Part shown: positions 29,181 to 43,877 of the stretch, piece after piece
How the letters are laid out: every line of letters begins with the position of its first letter
Numbering within the stretch: the stretch's first letter is position 1
Origin: the human T2T-CHM13v2.0 reference genome, Homo sapiens
Reading direction: 5' to 3' (one strand)
Assembly: GCF_009914755.1 (NCBI RefSeq)
Contig: NC_060925.1
DNA length: 64,000 nt
The notes under the pieces: generated by a model
Told to the model about the DNA's origin: nothing
Seen by the model: the letters and a program-made list of their open reading frames with translations, nothing else
Databases searched by the model: none
Position numbers and translations under genes: made by a program

Positions 29181-30369
29181 TGATAGCGAAAAGGGCTTAT
29201 TCTGCTCATTGCTCAGTGTGCCAATCACTGAGACTGTGAGTTTTGCAGCAGAGAAAGGGTTTATTCACAAGGCATCTGTGATGGCTAATATTAAGTGTCA
29301 ACTTGATTGGATTGAAGGTTGCAAAGTATTGTTTCTGGGTGTATCTGGGTGTTTCTGGGTGTTACCAGAGGAGATTAACATTTGAGTTCGTGGACTGGCA
29401 GAAAAAGACCCATCCTCAACGTGGATGGGCACCATCTAATTGGCTGCCAGCCCAGCTAGAAAAAGCAGGAAGAAGAAGGTGAGATGAGCTGGCTTGCTGA
29501 GTCTCCTGGCCTTCATCTTTCTCCTGTGCTGGATGCTTCCTGCCCTTGAACATCAGACTCCAGGTTCTTTGACCTTTGGACTCTTGGACTTACACCAGTG
29601 GTTTTCCAAGGGCTCTTGGGCCTTCGGCTATAGACTGAAGCCTTCCCTACTTTTGAGGCTTTGGAACTTGGGCTGAGCCACTGCTGGCTTTCTTGCTCCT
29701 CAGCTTGCAGATGGCTTGCTGTGGGAATTCAACTTGTGATTGTGTGAGTCAATCTCCTTGATAAACTCCCCTTCATATATACATCTATCCTGTTAGCTCT
29801 GTCCCTCTGGAGAACCCTGACTAATACAGCGTCCAAGCAAGGAGGTGGGAGAACAGGTCTCAAATCCACCTCTCCAAAGATGGGGTTTTAGAGATATTTA
29901 TGGGATGGAGCACCTAGGCCCTCTGAGGCATCAGAAATGGTGATGGGGGTAAGGCAAAGTGAGGTAATCGGTGATCTTCGCAAGCTTAGTGGGCTTTGTG
30001 GCTCTTCATAGGTTGCGTGTTCACAAATGGCATGATTAACATGATCGGAGGGAGGGTTTTTGGTCTTCTGGTGTTAAAAGGTCACCCACCGGCGACTCAC
30101 ACAGGCCCACCTGAAGGGTCAGTGGTCTTAGCTGGTTCGAACTGGACAAGAGCTGACCCCAGGTTTCTGAAAAACAACTTAATTACTGTGGCGACACATA
30201 TGTCAGAGAGGTTATCTATAAGGAAGCTAGTGGGGGTTTAGATATATATTGTTTAGCTACATGACTTTTAGTTATATGGGTTTTAAAATCAACTAAAAGC
30301 AAGTGACTAAAAACAAAGGAGGCAAGTTTTTAAGTTCTGCAGACCCAACCAGGTTAGCCCTGGGTTTCA
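29181..30369 (-). mobile_element. ERV1 solo LTR (LOR1/LTR29-like), interrupted by MLT2A
   Basis: TG...CA termini with perfect 4-bp TSD ccat. Confidence 0.75.
29277..29828 (+). mobile_element. MLT2A-type (HERV-L) solo LTR
   Basis: tgtgatggctaatattaagtgtcaacttgattggattgaagg...gagaaccctgactaataca; 5-bp TSD gcatc/gcgtc. Confidence 0.9.
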
Positions 30370-30441
30370 CCATCTCCCTTTACTTTAAAGAAGCAGAGAC
30401 TGGAAATCCTCAGGGATAAATAGTAGGTCTGCTACCCATGA

Positions 30442-30858
<417 letters not shown>

Positions 30859-31965
30859 TGACACACACATATATAATTTTTAGTGAATTCACTCTTCGAC
30901 TGTTTTGATTAACATACCAATTTCTGTATATGGTTGTGATGGATATGAGAGCTCCACTTACCACAGTTATGGGATGATGGGGTGCTGATCTACTGAATCA
31001 TTGGACTTCAGAGAGGGAGGTGAATGGGAGCCTGGGAAATCAATGGTATGTAGACTTCATGTTAAACGAGGTCAGCTCTGGGATTGTAATGTTGATGTTA
31101 CACAACCATAAGCTAAACTATTTTCATATGTGTTTGCTCCCCATTGCATCTCCATAGTGCCTGGCACGTAGGAGGCTCTCAACTACCATTGACCCAGTGA
31201 ATGAATACATGAAAGAGTCTTGTGAACATCAGAGAAGTTCCTGGGTTAGCTGTGTTTTAATAAGTCCAGATCTACATCCCCTGAAGGTAGAAGGTAGAAC
31301 AAGAAGAAATGTTCTAAGGACTCTCCCTTGGAGCTGTCTGGGAGCTGCATGATAAAGTGGAATAGCTACTGATGTTTCACTTATCACATCTGGCAAATGG
31401 AGATGAAAAAAGAAAGTCACTTCCCCTTCCCCTGATTGAGCACGTAGAGCATAGGAACTCACGCTGACCGAAGCCCTTTGGTCAATATGAAGTGTTAAAC
31501 AAAAAGTGGAACACATATAAGGTATTGATATATTAAGTTATGGTGCAGTCCCCGACTTAAGAAAGCTCATATTTAAAAAAAAATCTGAGTTAAGGTACAG
31601 ATAGACCAGGGAACAGTTGTTTGCATCACAAGAATGTCTTCACTTTGCAAATAAAGTCAACAGAGGTGATTTAAAAGTAGTTTTGAGCACTTAAAAAATG
31701 CAGTGCAATTAAAAATAGTACAATGAAAAATATTTTCCAAATTTAGAAATGGTTGTAAGGCCAAATCTCGTCAGGTCAATTGATAGTTGTGTGTGTGTGT
31801 GTATGGTAGGTGTTCCTGCAAAGGCTTTTGCCTCACCTGACAAGCTTCTAGGGGTCATAGACTCGGTCTTACACATCTAGAGCGTGGATCATCTCCCACA
31901 CAGCTGGTGTATCTGTAAAATGTGCATAACAGAATGATCTTGCAGCATTCTTGGGAAGACATATG

Positions 31966-32788
31966 TGTAGTATGCTGAATAATGGCCTCCAAAATGTGCA
32001 GGTTGCAGGGATTAGGATCTGATATCAGATCTGATCTAATACCTGTAACTTGTAAGTTTTACTTTATTTGGAAAAAGGATCTTTGCAAATGTGATTAAGT
32101 TAAAGATGTCAAGATGGGGCGATTATCCTGGATTATTTGGGTAAGCCTTCACGCAATCACATGAATCTTCATAAGAGGGAGGCAGAGGGAGATTTGGCCA
32201 CACGCAGAGAAGAAGGTGACGTGAAGAAGGAGCAGACAAGATTTGAAGACTCTGGTCTTGAAGATGGGAATGATGTAGCCACAAGCCAAGGAATGCTGGC
32301 CTGTGGATTCTTTCCTAGCAGCTCTGGAGGAAGCATGGCCCTGCTGAGACTGTGATTTTGGCTGAGGGATACTGATTTCAAGTGTGTGGCCTCCGGAAGT
32401 ATGAGAGAATACATTTCTGTTGTTTTGCTTTATTTTTAAAAAGAGAATGTTGTTGTTGTTTTGAGACAGAGTCTGTCTCTGTTGCCTAGGCTGGATTGCA
32501 AACCTCTGCCACCCAGATTCAAGCGTTTCTTGTGCCTCAGCTTCCCGCATAGCTGGGATCACAGGTGTGCGCCACCATGCCTGGCTAATTTTTGTATTTT
32601 TAGTAGAGATGGGGTTTTGCCATGTTGGCCAGGCTGGTCTCGAATTCCTGGCCTCAAATGATCTGCCCTCCTCGGCCTCCCAAAGTGCTGGGATTACAGG
32701 TGTGAGCCACTGTGCCCGGCCTACATTTCTGTTGTTTTAAACCATCAAGTTTGGGTTAATTTGTTGCAGCAGCCATAGGGAACTCTAT
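31966..32788 (+). mobile_element. MLT1C/D-like MaLR LTR, with Alu inside
   Basis: tgtagtatgctgaataatggcc...gatggggcgattatcctggattat...gcagccatagggaact. Confidence 0.85.
32427..32721 (-). mobile_element. Alu (AluS-like)
   Basis: 17-bp TSD tacatttctgttgtttt. Confidence 0.95.
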
Positions 32789-33010
32789 ATGATATGCAAA
32801 TTAACGGACACAGTGCCTGGACCCAAAAAGTTTTTAGGAATCTGACCGATCTTGGTTTGAATTACCACTTCATCTATTGCTCTGTGCTTTGGGTAAATTA
32901 CTTAATCTCAGTCTAAGCATTAGGTTTTTCACTGTAAAAGAGTAACAGCAACTGTTTCATAGGATTGTTGTGAGGGTTAAATGAGAAAATGTAAAGTGCC
33001 TAGGATAGAG

Positions 33011-33227
33011 CAGGATTTGCCAACCTTGGCACTATTGACATTTTGGGCTGGATGATTCTTTATTGTAGGGGGCTGTGCTGGGCATCGTAGGCTGCTTAAT
33101 AGTCTCCTTAGCCTTTACATACTCAATGCCAGTAGGGTTCCTCACTATAGTGCTGATGGTAGGAAAATGTCTTCAGACATTGCCACCTGTTCCCTGGGGG
33201 CAACATCACTCTGATTGAGAAGGACTG
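33011..33227. mobile_element. MER20 hAT DNA element (inside a MIR)
   Basis: caaccttggcactattgacattttgggctggat...aaaatgtcttcagacattgcca...ttgagaaggactg. Confidence 0.85.
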
Positions 33228-33294
33228 GTACAGAGTTTGGCTCTTAGAAAGTGCTCAGCAGATAGTAACAATTATTCTTTACTGAATGAATGGG

Positions 33295-33525
33295 AGGCAG
33301 TAGAGTATGGTGCTTAGGAACTTGTGCTTGGGCCTCCGACTCCCTGGATTCTAATCCAATCTCTACCGCTTACCAACCCTGTGACCTCAGTTGTGTTATT
33401 TAACATCTCTGTGCCTCAATTACTGGTCTGCAAAAAGGAAATATAATAAGAGGTACTTCATAGGGTTATTGTAAGGATTAGATGAGATGATTCAGATAAA
33501 GCATTTATGATAGAATCTGCCATAT
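33295..33525 (+). mobile_element. MIR
   Basis: tgtgacct...ttaacatctctgtgcctca...cttcatagggttattgtaaggattagatgag. Confidence 0.85.
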
Positions 33526-33526
33526 T

Positions 33527-33821
33527 GGCTGGGTGCAGTGGCTCACACCTGTAATCCCAAAGCTTTGGGAGGCTGAGGCGGGTGGATCATTTGAGGTCAG
33601 GAGTTGAAAACCAGCCTGGCCAACATGGTAAAACCCCCTCTCTACTAAAAATACAAAAATTAGCTGGGTGTGGTGGTGCATGCTTGTAATCCCAGCTATC
33701 CAGGAGGCTGAGGCACAAGAATCACTAGAACCTGGGAGGCGGAGGTTGCAGTGAGCCTAGATCATGCCACTGCACTCCAGCCTGGGCGACAGAGTGAGAC
33801 TCAGTCTCAAAAAAAAAAAAA
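33527..33821 (+). mobile_element. Alu (AluSx/Sz-like)
   Basis: Full sense dimer; aatctg flanks. Confidence 0.96.
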
Positions 33822-34103
33822 TCTGGATTATGTTACTGAGAAGAAGGGGAGCATGGGTGCTGGGAAAGGCAATCAGCAGATCTTGTCATAGAGGGTTGAG
33901 TAAGTTTTCCAAGAGAGGGGCAGTTTCTACTGCTAAATATTGTGATTTTACAGAAGAATTTTGAAGTCCAAAGTTGTAAACCAGAGGAGGTACATCTAGG
34001 AGATAACTGGGGAGCAGATGGTAGAAGGAGAGTAAGTGAGGCTATCAAGCTGTCCATATACTCTCCAGCTAGCCATTAGAAATCGACATTTCCCCTGTCT
34101 AAC

Positions 34104-35213
34104 TGAGAGGTGACAATGGCTAGCAGCCCTCGTTTGCTCTTGGCACCTCCTGGGCCTTGGCGTCCACTATGGCCATGCTTGAGGAGCCCTTCCAGCCCGC
34201 AGCTGCATTGTGGGAGCCCCTCTCTGGGCTGGCCGAGGCCGGAACCGGCTCCCTCTGCTTGCGGGGAGGTGTGGAGGGAGAGGCGCGGATGGGAACCAGG
34301 GCTGCGTGCGGCCCTCGTGGACCAGTGCGAGTTCCAGGTGGGCGTGGGCTTGGTGGGCCCTGCACTCTGAGCAGCCGGCTGGCACCACCGGCCTTGGGCA
34401 GTGAGAGGCTTATCACCTGGGACAGCAGCTGTGGATGGTGCCCCGGGTCCCCCAGCACTGCCCTGGCTCCCCCAGCGCTTCGCTGGAATTCTCACTGGGC
34501 CTCAGCCGCATCCCTGTGGGGCAGGGCTCGGGACCTGCAGTCCGTGGCCATGCCCCGGCCATGCTCCAGCCCCGCTGTCTAGGTAAAGGATTGTAAATGC
34601 ACCAATCAGCACTCTGTGCCTAGCTCAAGGTTTGTAAATGCACCAATCAGTGCTCTGTGTCTAGCTAATCTAGTGGGTATTTGGAGAACTTTTGTGTCTA
34701 GCTAAAGGATTGTAAATGCACCAATCAGCACTCTGTGTCTAGCTCAAGGTTTGTAAACGCACCAATCAGCACCCTGTCAAAATGGACCAATCAGCCCTCT
34801 GTAAAATGGGCCAATCAGCTCTCTGTAAAATGGACCAATCAGCAGGATGTGGGTGGGGTCAGATAAGACAATAAACTCAGGCTGCCTGAGCCAGCAGTGG
34901 CAACTTGCCAGGATCTATTTGGGCACTGTAGAAGCTTTGTTTTTTTGCTGTTTGTACTGAATCTTGCTGCTGCTCACTCTTTGGGTTCTCACTGTCTCTA
35001 TGAGCTGTAACACTCATATGAAGGTCTGCAGCTTCACTCCTGAGGCCAGCGAGACCATGAACCCACCAGAAGGAAGAAATTCCGAACATGTCCGAACATC
35101 AGAAGGAAGAAACTCCGGAGACACCATCTTTAAAAACTGTAACACTCACTGCAAGAGTCTGCGGCTTCATTCTTGAAGTCAGTGAGACCAAGAACCCACC
35201 AATTTCGGATACA
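34104..35213 (+). mobile_element. LTR12-family (ERV9) solo LTR
   Basis: tgagaggtgaca start, GC/CpG-rich U3, tandem ttgtaaa(t/c)gcaccaatcagc repeats, ccagaaggaagaaactcc repeats, ggataca end; perfect TSD taac. Confidence 0.96.
34590..34880 (+). promoter_or_regulatory. LTR12 enhancer/promoter with 7 CCAAT (NF-Y) boxes, GATA site and AATAAA-type TATA box
   Basis: ccaatcag at ~34602, 34643, 34721, 34762, 34787, 34811 and 34835; agataa and aataaa at 34861-34875. Confidence 0.7.
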
Positions 35214-36040
<827 letters not shown>

Positions 36041-37140
36041 AGAGCCCATTCTCCCTCCCAAGTCAACTTTACCTCCGCAGATGGGGTGTCTAAAAGGGCC
36101 CAGCTGGGTAGTGGAGAGAGCATAGACCTTGGGCCTCATCCAGCCACCCTGCCTCGGCTCACTGGGGTTAACAACATTGGACATGCAGGAATCATATTGG
36201 AATGTTATCATCTCAGACTCGAGTCTGAGGCGTGAATTCTGGTGGGAATTGCTCTGTAAGATGGCAAAACCATGGAATGCCATTTCACCAATTTGGCCTT
36301 TCCATTGAGTTTAAATATAATTGCAGCAAATTGTGCTGATTTGTATTTCACAGGCTTGGATTTAGTGGCTTTTGAATTCATCATCTAAATGTGTGTAAAT
36401 TATCCACTCTGGCCCAGAATCCAGCAATTTTTATAAGAGGACTGTAATTTTTGTAGGAGGGCTTTACGCCACCTCCTACTAGCACTGACTAGCTGGGCAT
36501 GGGGCCAGCTGAAGATTCAAAGGAAGCATGAAAGAGCATTAGCGAAATTCATAGGAACAAGGAACACTTTTTAGAGAGCAGAAGAAAAGCAGTAGATGTT
36601 CTTGATTCTATACAATGCAACAAATGTTGCCGTGTGAGGCACTGGGATTGGCACTGCAGGAAATCAAACACAGGAAAGATTGTTATTAGGCATGGGGCGT
36701 GGGGAATGTGGGGAGGGGAAGCAAGACCCGCACAAACCATGTCTCACTCCCTCAGTTCTCTGCCTCAATGTTACAGTACAAGAAAGGCCATCTTGTGCAC
36801 TTGATAAAAAATGACCACCGTGCTGCCTGAGTCATGGTCCCACAGGAAACAGAAAGTACGTTCCATAGGGATTTTGAAGAGCATTCAGGAAAAGGTGGAA
36901 GCAGGAAAAGGGAACTAACTAGGGACACTGAGGCTCCCAGGGACCAGCGTCATTGAGAAGCCATTCCCAATCCTGGGCTGGAGGGGTAGGAGAAGGGAAT
37001 GGTGTATGTGCATCTAGTTGCAAGTGGATGATGGAAGAGGCTCTTCTGGATAGAGCTGTAATCCTCGAGGGATGCAGCCCTGCCTGAACTGAGGGTGGGA
37101 GGAAGTAAGGAAGACGCTCCTGGATCTCCCTCCCCTCTCA

Positions 37141-37340
37141 CCAGTGGTGTATTGGAACTGGCCCATACCGGTTTATGAGGACTGATTGTATGCAGTGCAT
37201 TCTAACTCCAGTGTCAAGATGGCAGTTTGGAATCTCTCATGGTGGGAGTATTTGCACCACAGAAATGGGCAAATACTACAAATCAGGACATATTTTTCCC
37301 TGGAGAGCTGGCTGATAAACATTGACTAGCGCACCACTGC
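37141..37340. mobile_element. MER63-like hAT DNA element
   Basis: Terminal inverted repeats ccagtggtgtattgg / ctagcgcaccactg; ggtgggagtatttgcaccacagaaat. Confidence 0.75.
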
Positions 37341-38364
37341 CTCCAATTCACTCATCTCCTCGTCCTGCCTCTCATTGGCTGAATCCAACAAGAAGTCAGA
37401 GGGCAGGGGAGCTTGAGGGAAAGTCATTATGGGTCAGCACTTGGGGTCACAGAGCTCTGAGGGAGGAGAATGGATGGGAAGGAGGGGCAGCATGTGGAGA
37501 AAAACCAACACACCCCATTGACACTTTTTTATTTTCTTGCTCTGCTTTAATTTTTTTTTAGGAACTTATCACCTCCCGCCATATTGCAGAGTTAATTGTT
37601 TACCATCTGTCTTCCTCACTAGAGTGGAAGCTCCATGAGAGAAGGGATTTGTTTTCTTCTCTAAGGTGTCTCTGGCACTTGGAGCAGTGTCTGACAGCTA
37701 GCAGATGCTCAGTAACCTGTTGAATGGAAAACTACAAGGCAGAATTTGTTGAATGGCTTAAGCAAAATTGGAAGTGCTGGGTTATGTGGGGGAGAGATTC
37801 CCTGCAGTGTGGAGTGTGAGGTTCCCGTGGAACACCTAGAGAGAAATGTCTAGCAGACAGTTGGAAATGCAGAGATTGGGGCTGAAGATGCAAGCTTGAG
37901 CAGCTGATCGTGGAGGACGCCAGTCCTCCTAGATGAAGGGACTGTTGGAAGAGGAGACAAATGACAAGGATAGAGACTTCAAGAATTCCTATACCTAGGA
38001 GGGAGCAGGAGGAGAAGACCCAAGGCAGCAGACAGAGAAAAAGGAGAATGAGGATGAGATGCAGAAGTTAAGGAAGGAACATCTCAGGGAGAGGAGGTGA
38101 GTGATGCCAATGGGAATTGGCATTTAGTCAACACTCGGCTGTTTGTGCTGAATGAGGTTGAAATGAAGCTTGAGAAATGGCCACTAGACTGTACAATGAC
38201 TTGTGGCTCACACCAGGGTCATTTCAGATGAGCTTGGGTGTGTTCACGGTGGTATGGCTGTAGACAGGGTCATTTCAATCAAGTGGGTTCAGAAGCACGA
38301 GTCGAGTGAGCTGAGGAGTGAATGGACTGCTTGCAAAAACATGATGCTGAGTGTGAGGAGCAGA

Positions 38365-38655
38365 CAAGAAAGATCACATATTGTATGATTTTATTTACAT
38401 GAAATTTCCAGAATACGCAAATCTAAAGAGACAGGAAGTAGAGGAGTGGTTGCCCAGAGCTGGGAGCGTGGGGTGGGAGGAAATGGGGAGTGACTGCTAA
38501 TGGGCAAAGTGTTTCTTGTTGGGGTGATGAAAATGTTCTAAAATTGATTGCGGGATGGTTGTACAACTCGGTGAATATACTAAAAACCATCAAATTGTAC
38601 ACTTTAAATGGGTGAATTGCATGGTATATTAACCTCAATAAAGCTTTTATTTAAA
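38365..38655 (+). mobile_element. L1MB/MC 3' end
   Basis: ggggtgatgaaaatgttctaaaattg...ctcaataaagct. Confidence 0.88.
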
Positions 38656-39289
38656 AATTAATTATGAAGTACTTTGTATATATGAATATATACCCTGTAT
38701 TTAGTCTTCTCTGAGCTACCATTGACTGTCAGAAGCATCATTATTTTATGTACCACAAAAAGAGATAACACTCTACCAAATAAACTAAGGCTATTTTTTT
38801 CTTATCATGTTGATGTGAGATGCATCCCAATTTCAGAGAGGTTAAATTTTAAAAATGTGTGCCTTAGAATCAATGAAATAAGGTGCATAGCATGTATGTG
38901 TGGTTGTGGAGGAGAAGGTGGGGTTGGATATAGGCAGTGAACTAAACAAATATCAAAGAATGAGCACCCAGGACACCAATAGAATGTGCAGCAGTACAGC
39001 TGTAGCCCTTTATGTGTCCTTCCCAGTTCTGTCCCTCCCCTCTGGTGGCCACCATTCTTGATTTTGTTTCCTTAAATGTGGCATAAGTATACATAAGAGA
39101 AAATTTGCCATTTTAACCATTTTTAATTGTATAGCTCAGTGGCATTAAGTCTATTCATATCGTTGTACAAGCATCACTCTCATCCATTTCCAGAACTTTT
39201 TTACCTTCCCAAACCAAAACTCTGGACCCATTAAATAGTAACTTCCCCTTCCTCCGGCCCCTGACAACCACCATTCTACTTTCTTTCTC

Positions 39290-39690
39290 TGATATGGTTT
39301 GAATGTTTTGTCCCCTCCAAATCTCATTTTGAAATGTGACCTCCAATGTTGGAGGTGGGGCCTGGTGGGGAGTGTTTTGGTCATGGAGGTGAATCCCTCA
39401 TGAATAGCTTAGTGCTGTCCTATGAGTTCATGTGAGATCCAGTTGTTTAAAGAGGCTGGTACCTCCTTGCCCTCTGTCTTGCTCCTTCTCTGTTGCTGGT
39501 TCTCACTGTGTCATATGCAGGCTCCTCTTTTGCCTTCTACCATGATTGTAAGTTTTCTGAGGTCTCACCAGAAGCAGATGCCAGCATCATACTGCTTGTA
39601 CAGCCTGCAGAACTGTGAGCCAAATAAACCTCTTTTCTTTATAAATTACCAAGTTTCAGGTATTTTTTAATAGCAACACGAAGTAATACA
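39290..39690 (+). mobile_element. MST (MaLR) solo LTR
   Basis: tgatatggtttgaatg...gaactgtgagccaaataaacctcttttctttataaattacc...taataca. Confidence 0.9.
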
Positions 39691-39898
39691 GTTTCTATGA
39701 ATTTGACTATTCTAGATACCTCAGATAAGTGGAGTCATATAACACCTGTATTTGTCCTTCTGTGTCTGCCTTACTTCACTTAGTGTAATGTCTTCACCAC
39801 GGTTTATCCATGTCGCAGTATGTGACAGAATGTCCTCCCTTTTTAAGGCTGAATAATATTCCATTGTATGTATAGACCACATTTTGTTTATCCATTCA

Positions 39899-40329
<431 letters not shown>

Positions 40330-40333
40330 TCAA

Positions 40334-40467
40334 TTTTTAAAAATTATTGTTTTTTACAGAGACAGGGTATTGCCATGTTGACCAGGCTGGTCTCAAACTC
40401 CTGGTCTCCAGTGACCCTCCCACCTCAGCTTCCCAAAGACTACAGGTGTACACCACCATGCCAGGCT
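40334..40467 (-). mobile_element. FLAM/Alu monomer
   Basis: ttcaa(t/g)tttt flanks. Confidence 0.85.
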
Positions 40468-41889
40468 TCAAGTTTTTGTGTGTATATATTCAGAAGTGGA
40501 ATTGCTGGAGCAAATGTAATTCTACGTTTAATATTTTAAGGAACTGCCATTCAGTTTTCCATATGGCTGCACTATCTTGCATTCCCACCAGCAATGCACG
40601 AGCGTTCCAATTCCTCCACATTCTCACCAACACTTTTATTTTCAATGAGTGTTCTTTAAAATACTACTCATCCTAATGGGTGTGACTGCCATCTTGATTT
40701 TGAATATACAGTTCCTTTGTTTTTCTTCATGGTTTTACTAAACGTATGTACCTCTAAATAATACATTGTTTAATTTCACAAGGTTTTGAACTTTATTCCA
40801 AGAAATCAATTCAACAAATATTCACAGAGCGTCTGCTGGGTGAAGGCAATGACAATGAATAGGATGGGTGAGCAAGGCCCTGCCCCATGGGGCTGGTGGC
40901 CTGGTGAGGACAGTGCTGTTCCTATAGGGAATTACAAGAAGGATGCAGTTCCAAAGGGGGTTTGCAGGAGAGAGTTGCTGGGGGTTTAACTTAGTTCATG
41001 GGGTCAGATAGGGCTTTGGAAGGAGTCACGTTAAGTTTGATGATAAATAATAGGAACTGAATAGAGAACAGCTGTGTGGAGGGGAGGCCGGATCAAGAGG
41101 TTTTTGTTTTTGGAAGAGGAAATCTGCCCACAAGAACAAGAGAAGGGGAGCGTGAACAAGCCCTTGTGTTGCCCAGGCCCAGAGGCGACAGGCAGGTGGA
41201 ATGTAAGTCACTGACCACATGGCCGGCCGCCACCTTTCTGCAGGGCTCTTAGAGGGATTGGAGAGGTCGCCTCCCAGAGACACTGATTCTAAGGCCTCAA
41301 GGGACAAGCTCCCTGTGCTCATTCACCCCATAGCCTCACTCCCACAGGCCTATGCAGGAACATGGAAAAGCCAGATTCTGAATGAAGCAACTCTGTTCAA
41401 GTGGGCTGAGGGGCTGGGAGGAGGGAAGGGGAAGTGGGGTGCTGACAGCAGCAGAGTCTCTCACAACCACCCAAAGCACAATTGAGAACTGCTCCACCAC
41501 CCCCTGCAATCTGCCACGGCGGTCACCTTCTGCCTGGTTCTATTGATAGGCCCAGGGCATGTGTTCTACTTCAGGATAAAAACAAATTGGAGATCATTAA
41601 AACATCCTCTGTGTGCTGTGAATGGGGAGCTGTGGGGTAGGAAGGGCTCATGCCTTGGGGTTCCTGCCCTTTTCCTTTAACCTTTTCTCTTCTATGACCA
41701 ATGTGCTGGGAATCCCACAGGGAGTCCAAGGTTCAGGCCCTTTTCCACTGTGCTCCAGAGCCTGTGGGGTGGAGCTGGAAGGGAAGGGAAGGTCAAAGGT
41801 GTCTCGGTGTTGAGGAACCCAGGACACCTGGAATGGCCAGGACTTCTAAGGGAAAGCCGCACACCGCAGCATCACTTGGTGGAGCTGAT

Positions 41890-42100
41890 TTTGCAGCCAG
41901 ACTTAAGTTCAAATCCTAGCTCTTCCACCTCTCAACTGTGTGACCTCTGGAAAGTTACTTAACTTCTCTGAGTCTTTCTTGCCTCAACTATAAAGTGGAG
42001 ATCACAGTCCTCTGCAGATCAATTTGAAAATGAAAAGAGGTAATATATGTAAAGTTGTTGGTATAGTGCCTGGCATGTAGGTTAGCACTTAATAAAAAAT
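41890..42100 (+). mobile_element. MIR
   Basis: gttcaaatcctagctct...tgtgtgacctctggaaagttacttaacttctctgag. Confidence 0.85.
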
Positions 42101-42109
42101 ATTTATGTT

Positions 42110-42500
42110 CATATAATGGGATACCACTCAATAATAAGAAGGACTGAATTGCTGATACATGCAGCAATGTCGATGAATCTCAAAATAATTATGATGAGTG
42201 AAAGAAGCCAGACCAAGAAAGAATACAAACTGCCTGATTCCATTCATATGAAACTCTAGAAAATGCAAACAGCTCTAGTGACAGAAGGCAGATCAGTGGT
42301 TACCCGAGGATGGGAACACAGGCCTGGGGAGGATTACAAAGGGTCCTTGGGAAGCTCTTGGGGGTGACGGCTATGTTCATTATCTCGATTGTATTGATGG
42401 TTTCATGGTGCGTACATGTGTCAAAACTTATAAAATAGAAGACCTTAAATATGTGTGGTTTATTGTATGCAAATAATATCTCAATAAAAATTTTAAAATC
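42110..42500 (+). mobile_element. L1MC/MD-type 3' end
   Basis: gatgaatctcaaaataattatgatgagtgaaagaagccagac...ctcaataaa. Confidence 0.85.
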
Positions 42501-43090
42501 AACTAAAATGTAATGATGAGGGTGATGATCTTATTGAGTTGTCCTTCCCCACCCCCACCCTCTCCACCCTCCGTACCCAGAGGATCACCATTCTCAAAAA
42601 TCACAGAACTTCTCCTGAGTGGAGGGGCTGACATAGAAACATCAGCAGAACTCCTCCAGATTCCTAGCAGGGAAGAGATTTGGAGAGAAAGAGCCCCAGG
42701 GAAAGTTCTATGGGTTTCTGGGATGTGACCCCCTTTCACTGAGAACTACAGGCAGGAGGAGCCATGAGCAGGGGCTCCTGCACCTCTTGGGAGCTCACCC
42801 ATCAGTTTATGGGCAAGAGGCTGTTGGGGGGATGCAAGTGGGGCACTTCTACCCTTTAACTCGGGGTCATGGACCCACAGATGACAGCTCTGGAAGCTCC
42901 CTGGGCCCCTTTAGAGCTGTGCTTCTCTTCTGTTGTTTGTGCTCTACATATTTGTTAGATAATAGTGGCCCACTATGGCCATGGTTCTAAGTCTGGGGCT
43001 GAACCTCAGAAAGTGGAGGATCATTGGTTCTCATCAGAAAAGGTGTGAAGTGGAAGGACGTGATTCAATTCAAGTGCCACACCCCCAACC

Positions 43091-43378
<288 letters not shown>

Positions 43379-43877
43379 AAGCCCATTTTTGCTCAGGGGA
43401 GACAGAGCCCCAAGGAAGCCAGGAGACTCTAAGTCTCATGGCCATCTCCTCCTGCTCCTCCCCTGTGTAGAGGCTGAGCTGCCCAATGTCAGGCACTGTG
43501 CTTGGACACTGGCTTCTCCCTGGCAGACATCTGCGTGGAGCTCCTCTCTCCCGGCTGCCTAGCTCGTGCTTGCCACTCTCCTTGCCAGGCTGGAAGGGCA
43601 GCCAGCCCATTGTCAGGTTCAAGGACTCAGGGACGCAATATCCCTGGGGTGCTTCCTGAGCCTGTGTGTGTTCAGAAGGGGTGGTGGGACACAAGGAGAC
43701 CTGGAAGACTCTGCCATGGCCAAGTTCCTAATCCCTGCAGGTGGCGGGATCCTGGTCTTAGAACTATGCCAGGCCCCAGGCAGAGGGTGCAGACTGGTGA
43801 GAGGCCCGCAGGCTGATACAGACTGATTGGGTCTGGTCCACACATGTGTTTGTTTTTGTTCTAATTGCTTTAGCTGC

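Noticed and set aside
34110-34580. CpG-rich region with stacked ORFs, resembling a gene's CpG island
   Set aside because: GC-rich LTR12 U3
34575-34845. Regularly spaced repeats resembling a CRISPR array
   Set aside because: Normal LTR12 U3 tandem repeats without unique spacers; eukaryotic DNA
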